From Antedon mediterranea (lineage: Eukaryota; Animalia; Echinodermata), in NCBI RefSeq assembly GCF_964355755.1, contig NC_092674.1, positions 22,072,001 through 22,136,000 on the forward strand: a DNA stretch of 64,000 bases, in the 5' to 3' direction. Each line of letters begins with the position of its first letter. Position 1 is the stretch's first letter. Below the pieces are notes generated by a model that ran no database searches, was not told the DNA's origin, and saw nothing but the letters and a program-made list of their open reading frames with translations. Below, piece by piece: positions 25,615 to 37,100 of the stretch. A program made the translations under genes and the position numbers.

Positions 25615-28600
25615 TTATTGGTCTACGCTAGAAAAGTATAGATCCTTTGTTAGGGTGTACTGGGGAGCTGGTACCCTGGTGCGGGTAACTTTATTTACCT
25701 GATCATTCACAATTGTTAGAATATCTAGAATGTGATCTTTATGATGTCGTTCTTCTAAAACCTTTGTTAGATTTATAATGAAATGCGTACCTTTATCCGT
25801 GTTTCTAACTGACTTTGTTAGAGGTGGCGTCGAGTATCCAAATAGGAAATCCGGATCACTAGGAATTGGTTCAACCCCATCTTCACCTGAATTTTGTGGT
25901 CGGCATGCTTGTATGAAGAATAATTTTGGTTTGGAAATAAGATTTGTGCATTTATCCTTTCGAAAATTGTTGGTCAGTTCCACAATCTTACAACTCTTTC
26001 CGTCACTACCATAAACAATTCCAAGACGACCATGAGACAATATAAAGCAAACAAAACAATCATATGTTTTATGTTGCTCACGTTTACTCATTTCGCACAT
26101 CACATCTTTCATCTCTTGAGCAGTTTGATTGGATTTCACCTCAACAACAAAGCCTATGTTTTTAAAAACACGATTTAGATGAGCTGTTGAGAAACGTACC
26201 AGTATATTTTATTTACATTATAATTATTTGGTAAATTTATCGATTCAAATTAATCAATTAAATGTCTAAACCACCCGGTGATATACTGAAATTGAATTAA
26301 TTAATTTGAAACGACAAGATGAGGAAATCTGTGAGAAAGAGAAAAAGTCGCCCCAACCGAGACTCTCTTCTGCTTGATATGCAGCTGTCCTAACCATTAG
26401 ACCACTGGAGATGTCATGGTATTGTTCAAACTCAATTGGATAGCGACTCTTTAATATTCTCGGCGTGGTACGGCGGAACAGCACTAGTCCCTCAATTGTA
26501 AGCACGCGCACCAGAGATCAAATTGATACGCCCTCATCTTTCAGTATTTTATTCACGAAGCGGGATCTCCAAAGAGATACTTTTATATATATAAACACAT
26601 CAGGCATAGAACATTAATTCTAAACCACCCTGTGATATAATGAAATTTAAATTTGAAACATTAAAGATGAGGAAATCTGTGAGAATGAAAAAAAGTCGCT
26701 CAACCAAGGCTCGAACGCGGAACCTTCTCCTTGATATGCAGAATACTGAAAAATTACAATGATGTGGGTATCAGTGGCTGGATCTCAATGGAGATACAAA
26801 AAAAGCAAACATCAAAACGATAAAGAAAAACAGCCAGAAAGTTATCAGCGCTTTCGGGCAACACTAGCCCTTCATCAGTGCAAATGAAGGTACTTGGACA
26901 AAGATAGATAGATATATAAGGCAAGCACTGCCTGAGTAGACAGGAATAAAAGAAATAAAACCAAAGAGGCACAAGGCTTGTGAATAGAGGGTGGATATAG
27001 TATTGGGTTAGAAAACAAAGAAGATTAGATAGCTTGCTTATAGCTTAACAAAAATAGCTTAATAAACAGCTTAAATGGTCGTTAATATTGAAACATAAAT
27101 TTAGGTAGTCAATGGAGTAATTTTAAGTCCAAAAGGTTTTGTGGTTTTAAGAAGTAATTTCCACTGGTTTCCTTTGTCTTTACGAGTTTTGTCGCTCCAT
27201 TTGACATCGTGGTCTATTGTAATAACTCTGAAATTAGCAATCGAGTGACCAGCTGAATTAAAATGTTCGGCTACAGGTTGATCAAGCTTTAATGTTTTGA
27301 TAGCTGATCTGTGTTGTGTCATTCTCATACAGGGCGTGTTTTTTGTTTCCCCGACATACTCTTTGCAAGATTTGCCGCACAGGCTTTGGCTGTCATGAGA
27401 GTTAATTTCACTCATTTGGATATTACTAATATATCACGAAGGTTGGGAGGTCTATGAAATGCAATGATAGGTGGTTCCGGAAAAACAGTCCTGAGACGTT
27501 TTGTGGACTGTAGAATGGGCATATGTTTTCAATAATAGCCCGTAATGGAGGCAACATAAGGTGATAGGTTGTGACCAATGACACTCTGGTCGAATTTGGC
27601 TGACGTGGTTTGTACATCAGTGTCTGATATTGAGGAATGTCTTTTGCTTTCTTTATAACAGTTTTAATGTATATATATATATAAAGAGTCGTTATCCAAT
27701 CGAGTTCGAACAATACCATGAAAGCCCCAGTGGTCTAATGGTTAGGACATCTGCATATCAAGCAGGCGGTCCGAGTTCGAGTCTCGGTTGGGGTGACTTT
27801 TTCTCATTCTCACAGATTTCCTCATCTTTATCGTTTCAAATTAAATTATGTAATTAATTAAATTTCAGTATATCACCGGGCGGTTTAGAATTAATGTTCT
27901 TTGCCTCTTGTGTTTATATATATATAAAGTATCTCTTCGGAGATCCCGCCTCGTGAATAAAAATACTGAAAGATGAGGGCCTATCAATATGATCTCTGTT
28001 TCGCGTGCGTACAACTGTGGACTAGTGCTGTTCCGCCGTGCCACGCCGAGAATGTTAAAGAGTCGTTATCCAATCGAGTTCGAACAATACCATGAAAGCC
28101 GCAGTGGTCTAATGGTTAGGACATCTGCATATCAAGCAGCCCTAACCATTAGACCACTAGGGCTTTCATGGTATAGTTTTTTAACTCTATCGGATAACGA
28201 CCCTTTAACAATTCTCGGCGTGGTACGGTTGGAACACAACTAGTCCTCAGTTGTACGCACGCGCACCAGAGATCAAATTTATACGCCCTCATCTATAATT
28301 CAGTATATTTATTCACTAAGCGGGATCTCGAGAGATACTTTTATATATATATAAACACAACAGGCATAGAAATAAATATATATAATTTCCGATTTATATC
28401 TTTATAGCAGTTTTTATATCTTTATAGTAGTTTCAATGTATTTATATATTTCCAACGATTTATATCTTTTGACAGAAATACGCTGAAATTCCCGAGGAAA
28501 AACATAAACCGAGTAAACTATTACTATTATTACTATACCTTCATCTATTTTAGAACCAGGTCGTTCTGACAACTCGCTTTCCTGATTAAAAACATAGTTG

Positions 28601-31600
28601 TTTATAATTAGGCATATTCCAGGTTTGCTTGACATTGTGTATTTAGGTCTCTCCAAGCCTGGATATGTAAAACAAGCAAAAAATAAAACAATATAAAACA
28701 ACTAAACATTTAAATAATGTCGACTATGTTTACAGTCCAGATGTTAAAAGTATATAATTTGGAAGTTCAGGCTGTTTTCCAGTCGACGTTGATTTGCGTT
28801 GAATTGACCGGATTCAACGATTTTGAGGTAAAACGAAAATGAGGTAAAAATAAACGTTAAAAATCGTTAAACCTGCTTTTCAGTTGACGTTAAGTCGCCT
28901 TGATTTGCTTTGACATTTAAATCGTAAAAAGGTTTAAAACAAATAACGATAGCCATGATCGAGCCGGACCAATGTACAAAAAATGCAATGTTTTTTTGGG
29001 GCAACTAATAATAATAATAATAATAACAACTTTATTTAAAAACGGATGCAACACTTGAATCACCATAATTGTGTTTTTCGCAAGGCCGTTACTTACTACA
29101 AACTATTTATACTATTACACAAGTTATCATTTACAGTACAAAAACAACAACAACAACAACAAAAAAAAGATTTCATGAATAAATATAGAGTTTCAAGTAT
29201 ATTTTATCTTTGGTCATTATCATTGTTTTAAATATATGTATATTAGGAGCTGTAATTGCATTTGAGTTTATAGCAACTAACTCTATGAGTAATTGTTTTG
29301 CTTTAGTTGCCCCTGACCATTGTGCTCTGTTTCTGTTCTGTTCTGTGTCTGTGTATTGGTCGAATAAATAAATGAAATGAATGAAAAACATCGTCGCGTT
29401 GTATACATTCAAGATTGTCTGCTAGTACGTACTTTTTCAAAAGCTATAATGACATAATTTGTGAACCATTTGGTTGGTCAGTTCTAACGATCTAACGTTG
29501 AAGTTGAACTCGGGTAAACTTCAACGATTGCATTGATTTTAAAGTCTATTTTCTAGTAGATTTTAGCTGAATTGACCGGATTCAACGATTTTACAGGAAA
29601 ATGGAGTTATAAACACTGAAAATCGTTACAATTTGCAATCGATCGTTAAAACTAATCAATTAATTCACTAATTACGTCAGCATAGTTTGTGAAAAGAAAC
29701 CGCATTTATTTTAGCGTTACGAACATAACTGATTATTAATAACGTGTTTTAAGTAAACAAACACTCTTCATAGGCCTATACGTTGTTTTAACAACTTATG
29801 ATGAGTTGATCAAATCAAAATGTTCTGAGGATGTCGGGTAAAAGTGTTTAGTATCTATCTGGAGAATGATTGCTATCATCAATTCCAAAACAATAGTAGT
29901 GCTGTATATATTAAGATACATTTTAAAAGTAATTTAACACTTATGTATATATGATAGTGAATGTTTTCTTACATTCTTTTTCCAATATCCCATGAGTTTA
30001 TAACCTCTTTATCCCAACACGAACAATTGTTCTATCCCGTTTTACTACTTTACCTTGTTGCGTCTTCGGATTTTTCTTAAAGGGAAGCGCATTTATACGC
30101 GCTTGTTCCTCTCTTGTCTCACTTTCTTTGTCTAAAGAGAAGAAAATAACCAACAAGTTAGAAACTTTGGGAGTAGGATTAAGAATAAATGTAAACATTT
30201 TAATCTGAATATTAATGGTTAATACACTGCGCCTTACTAAAAATGAATTAGTGTGGTGATATCATTATAAATCAACATGTTGACTATAACTACTCGTGTT
30301 TTTTTTTATTCCCGCAAAGTAGACTTTATTTGATTTCGGAATGATTACTCTATATTAATTGCATTGCAAGACATTATTTAGATAGATATATACACAACTC
30401 AACCCAGAATCATCCGACTTTAATCTTGCATTTGACACTATGACTAAGTTAGTAATAAGGAATTTCTTAAAAATTGTAGGAAGGAAAAGAAAACCAACAC
30501 TTAAATTATAGGTTGATTAGTTCAAAGTGTATGGGTTACAGGAGGCCTATTTATTTTCGATTGACTACTATGTTGTAGGTAGGTAAAGATGCTAAAAACC
30601 GCTATGGCACTCTTGAATACTGTCCAGTCTGGCTTTGCACCGAACAGGTGATGTTTGACTCTTCTTCATTGTTTAGGTTGGAACCTTTCTTGTGCAGAGT
30701 ATAGATAGTTTGTAACAATTAAAACCGCTCTAATCTTCACGAAATAGCGCTATAGAAATATCTCATTATTATAATTATTATTAAGAAATATTTATTTGAA
30801 AAGAGGAATAGAAGGAAGAAGGATTATTTGGGCAAACAGTCTTCAGAAAGTAAAGGAATATATCAAATATATGAAAGAACTGAGAGTGGTGCGATTCCAA
30901 GAAATGAAATGTTTTGAAATAGTAGTAGAATAAAAGCATCCAATTGGAACAATTTTGATATCTATTTTCGTTACTGCTAAAGACAAATATATATTTGTGT
31001 GTATGTGTTATATTATGTAAAGGATCAATAAAGCCAAAAAGAAAATAACGACGCTTTACCTTTTTTTGCCGGAAGCAAGTCAACCAATTTGTCTAAAAAT
31101 ATATAACAATATAATTTAGTATTATATCTTCCTTGTTTATAACATTATCTTCTATCTGCATCTTTTCAACGTTGTGACCTGCCTGGTGAAGTTTCTGTTC
31201 ACTCAATTAAGACAATCACAACGTGACTATGGTATTTGAGTTATTCGCTTTTGTTTAAAAAAAAATAATAATAATGTACACAATAATTTGTATAGTTGAA
31301 AGTAGACTTTAAAAACACTGCTCTTTATGTCTAATTGTTTTTTTCTAATTGATATATTTCTACATCAAAATCATTACCAACAAAGTAGTACCGTAAATGT
31401 AACTTAGAATACTGTACCTTTGTCATCACGCTTAATATCTGCATCTGAAGAAAAAAAAACTTATTAATGAATAATTTATTTACAAGTAGAAATTCTCGTG
31501 AGTTCAACTCACATACATAACATTTTACATGCCTGATATTGTTTAGACTATTCAGTATAATCGATTCAATAGTTGAAGTCAATGGAACTAAAGGCGGGCT

Positions 31601-33316
31601 ACTACCATCAACCATAACGTAAGCAACACGTTTCTCACGGAAGTTTTAGTGGATATATTACTTTGCCTCTGACAATTACAACAAAGTACATCGACAAATG
31701 TATACCATTCTTGAAAATTTGACTACAGTACCTTTCACTGTAACAACAACTTCGTCTGAAAGAAAGAAATCGTACATTGTATCTGTGATATATCATGTTT
31801 ATTTGCATATATTCGTTATGATTCTTTCTAAAATCCTGATAGCGCATGTTGTTTTAGACCATGTAATTACGTGGCATAAACATTAGAAGTCCGTTTTTAA
31901 GTCAGGAAATCCTACATCATGTTTAATGATTAAAACTTTATTCACTTTATTATTTATTTATTTTTTAATCTAACACATGGTTTATTATTACGGGTGGGGT
32001 TAGTTCATGTTTATGAGTGGGTGTTTTTTTAAATTAGACTTGGTGAACATAGAGAAACAATTTTAATACCTTAAAATAAGCTTTATGGTAGGTGAAAAAA
32101 TGTTAACGTTGTCCCCACCTCTGCCCAGCACAACTACATCATTACAAATACTCCCACCCCATTGTAATATTGGAAGTTTGACATTCGTAAACAAACTATT
32201 TTAATTGTCACATAATCTGTAGCTTGATTGTCTGTATCCTGATTCAGTTAAATTAGTTTATAAACGTACCATAGTATATAAGACATGTATACAGTAATAA
32301 TAAATAAATATAATAATGAAGTACAGTACATACCTCTTCTGAATACCAAATTGTTCAGCCCATCTAAAAATAAGAATTAATTAGTTCATTGCTATGCTTT
32401 CTTGACACATTAAAATTACAAGCGTATAAATGTAACATAAACGGAGATGCGTTAAGGAGAAAAACAGGTATAATGTTGATTCAGGGAGATATGGTAACTC
32501 GTTCCAAAAGGCTTCAATTAATTTTATTTCATATATACATTTATTCGATTACGTATAACGACCACAATAGTTGGAATTGTTATGTTAATTTACAGTATTT
32601 AAAGTTAAAAGCTGAAATAAAAAGTCACATCTATTTTGAAGCTTTATAAGTTTGGATGCGAAGGGTGTTGTAATGGTTTTTAATGAATAAACATGTTAGA
32701 GTTTGTATAGTCGACCCCATTAAATACTTAAACTGATCATTAGTAAATCTACGTGTTGTATGTAGCGCCTATTCTCACCTTTAATTATTCCTTTTGCTTT
32801 TCCACTGAGACGATCAGCAAACCTGTTCAAATCTTTTCGCGTAACCAAGAAGTCATTTACTTGTAAGTATAATGCCAAATCCCACAAATCTTTAATATCA
32901 CTGTTGTGCGTCTGATCGTAAAATGCACGTGCCTCATTGAAATCTTTACTTGGATCAGCTTGCTCTATTCCATTAAAAAATAAACTACGATACGGCTTTA
33001 ATCCTACGCCTTTGTGTACAAATTTTGGTTTGGGCACAGTGACTTCAGTCAGGAGATCTTGAAGAGAACCAAGTTTCGTCAGCTCACCAATCTCAGAAAA
33101 CAATTTCAAGGCATTGAATGAAGCAATAACTTCGTTCTGTTCTCTGTGCTTTGCCAAGTCATCCAGCAATTCGATTGCAGTCACTGAGTTTTTTCCAAGA
33201 ACCGTACTGCTAATGTAATCCGATAGGAGAAATTTTAATTTTTTTAAATTATCTCCCTGGAAACTCCTACCAAACTCTGCTGAAAATTCTTTATATTCAA
33301 AGTCAATATTAGCCAT
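25615..33316 (-). CDS. Caspase-8/10-like initiator caspase with two DED-like domains, about 472 aa (SHG, QACRP)
   Basis: Exons 33316-32779 (DED-like LKKLKFLLSDYI and YRSLFFNGIEQ), 32363-32334, 31755-31732, 31444-31418, 31092-31060, 30131-30054, 28658-28539, 26183-25615; all phase-1 junctions, open frame. Confidence 0.85.
26255..26745 (-). repeat. tRNA-derived unit of about 365 bp, tandem, (TA)n-bounded
   Basis: Same unit as 27680-28380, 34500-35015 and 36150-36412. Confidence 0.8.
26755..27665 (-). mobile_element. Penelope-like retroelement remnant (GIY-YIG endonuclease plus 3' repeat)
   Basis: ORF 27101..27415 CKEYVGETKN...RMTQHRSAI...PVAEHFN; upstream RVSLVTTYH; hammerhead-like motif at 26845-26882. 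Confidence 0.85.
27680..28380. repeat. tRNA-derived units, direct then inverted
   Basis: Cloverleaf-like sequence at 27724-27795, second head at about 28098, orientation switch at about 28140. Confidence 0.8.
27724..27795 (+). pseudogene. tRNA-like cloverleaf (Asp/Glu-related, ATC at the anticodon position), repeat-borne
   Basis: Acceptor GCCCCAG/TTGGGGT, anticodon arm TCTGC-ATATCAA-GCAGG, T arm CCGAG-TTCGAGT-CTCGG, then TTTTT; other copies at 34620-34691(-) and 42657-42728(+). Confidence 0.6.
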
Positions 33317-35013
33317 AATTCTACAACAAAAAATAATTTAGTTACATTTGTATTAACCATAACCCGTTTTAACTTACATCAAATGTATTATGTATTCACT
33401 TCTCACAAGCAAAATAGATGAGAGATACATATAAATCAAATAACACAAAAAAACAAGAAATCATATCAATACTAATATTTGGTGTTATTTTCTTGATTGA
33501 CTCCCAAACACATTAATAAAATCAGAATTTGAATAGGTCATTTTGCAGTTTTAATAGTTATTCAGTTCCACAGAAAACCACAAATTAATAACTATTTACT
33601 AAAAATGTTCTAAAAACCATTAAAAAATAGATAAGATAATATTTAAAACATTCGTTTAAACGGACACTAAAACTTATTTTTAAAATATTGTAGCGTCTAG
33701 TTATGGCGTTCAGTTTGATAGAAGAAGTGATTAATAAGGGCATCATCTGATGGATTCAATTAGGTTAATATTGGCAAGTTCACAAACACGTTCAAAATTT
33801 TGCTTAGTCATAGATATTCCAATGTAATATATATATATGATAATAACAATAGTCATTTATATTCTATAGAATGTGGCCATAATAATACATTGTAAAATGT
33901 GAATTATATTTGTTTCAATACGGCAACATTAATGAACGACAAACACTATATCGTTAATTTTAATAGATTGAACATATACTTTTTAATTTCTTTAAATCTG
34001 TCTTAAGTTAATAAAATCAAATATCTTTAGTTATTTTTATTTAGCTTCTGAATTACATTTGGATGTATGCAATGTTTTTGTAATGATAATATTATTGGGT
34101 CATCAGAGGTAAAACTACATAGTTTTCCTTTAATCAGCCTGAACAAAAGAAATGTGACAGAGTTATGCATTAAAGCCCACACGTCGATGGAATTCTACTT
34201 TACAAATCAATATTCAATTAAAAGAGGGAGGTAGAGGAGTAATCTGTTTCGTAACCAGCTCATTTTCATTATGGTTTACTTTAAACTTTGGTTTATGATT
34301 TTCAATCAGATATCTCTATACGTATTGTTTTGTATGTTAATATGTTTCCGAGCCTTTTAGTATTTACAACTGTCCATATTACTGTAGGTATATGTATTTA
34401 CAGAAAATCTGTTGAGTCAGTTTTTCTCGTCAATACTACCCTGATTTATATATATATATATATATATATATAAACAAATCAGGCATATAACATTATATAT
34501 ATATATATAAACAAATCAGGCAAAGAACATTAATTCTAAACCGCCCGGTGATATACTGACATTTATTTAATTAATTTGAAACGATAAAGATGAGGAAATC
34601 TTTCAGAATGAGAAAAAGTCGCCCCAACCGAGACTCGAACTCGGACCGCCTGCTGGATATGCAGATGTCCTAACCATTAGACCACTAGGGCTTTCATGGT
34701 ATTGTTCGAACTCGATTGGATAGCGACTCTTTAACATTCTGGGCGTGGTATAGTACGGCGGAACAGCACTAGTCCTCAGTTGTACGCACGCGCACCAGAG
34801 ATCAAATTGATACACCCTCATCTTACAGTATTTTTATTCACGAGGCGGGATCTCCGAAGAGATACTTTTATATATATAAACAAATCAGGCAAAGAACATT
34901 ATTTCTAAACCGCCCGGTGATATACTGAAATTTATTTAATTAATTTGAAATGATAAAGATGAGGAAATCTGTGAGAATGAGAAAAAGTCGCCCCAACCGA
35001 GACTCGAACTCGG

Positions 35014-35053
<40 letters not shown>

Positions 35054-35178
35054 CCAAAGGCAAATCACTGAAAAAAATGACAATGCTGTGGGTATCAGTG
35101 GCTGGATCTCAATGGAGATACAAAAATAAAAAGCGAAAAGCTAAATCAAAACGATAAAGTAAACAGCCAGAAAAGTTA

Positions 35179-35216
35179 TCAGAGCTTTCGGGCAACACTA
35201 GCCCTTCATCAGTGCA
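35179..35216 (-). ncRNA. Minimal type I hammerhead ribozyme motif (Penelope-type)
   Basis: GCA-CUGAUGA-AGGGC-UAGUGUU-GCCC-GAAAGCUC-UG: conserved core, 4-bp stem II, palindromic AGCU stem III. Confidence 0.7.
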
Positions 35217-35494
35217 AGTGAAGGAATTTGGATAACGTCATAGTATAAAGCTGGCAAGTGCTGCCTGGGTGGACAGGAATAAAAGAAATATATTTCAATA
35301 TATACACATTAGGCAATGAACATTAATTCTAAACCGCCCGGTGATATACTGAAATTTAATTAATTAATTTGAAACGATATATGTTTTTTAGTCTCATTCC
35401 AAAATTGTTTATATCTCAACCAAGCTACCTTCTTTGTTTCTACTCTTATTCAATTTTTCACAGTATATTCCTTATGGATTGGATAGCGACTCCA

Positions 35495-35880
35495 CCGTCG
35501 GGCTGGTAAAATGATTGGTCTGGAACTGCCTTCCTTTACCGATGTGCACCTAGAACACCTCCAGAAAGATTTCGAACGCATTGAGTCGGATGCCTCTCAT
35601 CCTCTCCACAAAGTGATCATAGACCAACTTAATCCAAGTGGTAGATTGAGGCTCCTCAGTGTGAAAACAAATCGATTTGCTAAATCCTTTATTCCCTCCG
35701 GTATCATCCAGTACAACAGGAAGTCAAGAAGATAATTTTATCTTGTAATTTTTTAGATGTTTTTATATGAATGGTTTTATGCTATATTTGTTTTTATTGT
35801 GTTTTCTTTGTTCTTATGACGAGCAATGAATTTCCTTATTGAGGATCTATAAAAGTTATCTTATCTTATCTTATCTTATC
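35495..35880 (+). mobile_element. 5'-truncated LINE 3' end (Rex/Babar- or L2-like)
   Basis: ORF 35511..35735 SHPLH...KTNRFAKSFIP; tail (TCTTA)n. Confidence 0.7.
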
Positions 35881-35974
35881 ACCCTGGCTCCCTTTGTTAT
35901 ATTTCTTTTATACCTGTCCACCCAGGCAGCACGTTCCAGCTTTATACTATTACGTTATCCAAATTCCTTCACTT

Positions 35975-36011
35975 GCACTGACGAAGGGCTAGTGTTGCCC
36001 GAAAGCTCTGC
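35975..36011 (+). ncRNA. Minimal type I hammerhead ribozyme motif (Penelope-type)
   Basis: GCA-CUGACGA-AGGGC-UAGUGUU-GCCC-GAAAGCUC-UGC; stem I GCA/UGC. Confidence 0.72.
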
Positions 36012-36414
36012 TAACTTTTCTGGCTGTTTTACTTCTCGTTTTGATTTAGCTTTTCGCTTTTATTTTGTATCTCCATTGAGATCCAGCCACTGATACCCAC
36101 AGCATTGTCATTTTTTCAGTAATTTGCCTTTGGATTTATATATATATATATAAACATTAGGCAATCAATGAACATTAATTCGAAACCGCCCGGTGATATA
36201 CTGAAATTTAATTAATTAATTTGAAACGAGACTCGAACTCGGACCGCCTGCTTGATATGCAGATGTCCTAACCATTAGACCACATGGTATTGTTCTCGAT
36301 TGGATAGCGACTCTTTAACATTCTCGGCGTGGTACGGCGGAACAGCACTAGTCCTCAGTTGTACGCACGCGCACCAGATATCAAATTGATACGCCCTCAT
36401 CTTTCAGTATTTTA

Positions 36415-37100
36415 TCTATAGTTCACTATGTCGGTCGGTCTGTCTGTCGGTCCAGTATCACTATGCGTTTTATCGCTTTCTGACCTTATCTTGATATCAG
36501 TTTAATCTAGCTTAGTCAATTTTTCACAGTATATTCCTTATGGCCAGGAATCGACGTGGTTATGTTTTTACGGTGCGCAATAAAAAATTACGCGGTCTAC
36601 GCACGATTTAACGAAATCACGTTTGTAATCAATATCTTCACAACCATGAATCACAATTAAATAAAATTTGGTACTTATAAATTTCAGGGCATAAATCATC
36701 ATATGGCAATACAATTACGTGCGTAGCGCATGTAACGCATGCGTAGGCGCGCTTAACATTTTCAAAAATGTATTTTCGATGAAATAAGAGTACGTCTCAG
36801 GCAATTTTAAGCGTTTACAAAATTGCCATGAGTGCGCATATTTTTGCGCGCGCACTGCGCGTTAAATATTATTGCGCACTCTTTTTGCCCGATTTCTGTT
36901 TTCTTGACTTACTTTTCAACTCGAAATTACGTTATACGAGCACGTCAAAAGTGACAGGCTACGCACGTGTAAATTAAACAAGGCCATATAGATGGCTGCA
37001 GTCGCGTGCTCATTAGTGTTTACCGACCGACCGACCGACCAACCTACCAACTGACCGAAGTTACCGTACTAAACATGTTTAAAAATGTTGAAATGTTTAA
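36415..37100 (+). mobile_element. HINE-like element, near-identical inverted partner of the 47 kb copy
   Basis: 36415-36975 is the reverse complement of about 47128-47728; (GTCN)n microsatellite. Confidence 0.75.

Larger units (their letters stand above)
34445..36412. mobile_element. Composite of tRNA-derived tandem units, inverted Penelope 3' repeats and a LINE tail
   Basis: 35050-35290 is the inverse of about 35900-36137; (TA)n runs at junctions. Confidence 0.75.

Noticed and set aside
27724-27795. Functional tRNA-Asp(ATC) gene
   Set aside because: Unusual anticodon loop; copies are variably mutated and embedded in a repeat unit, so treated as repeat-derived.
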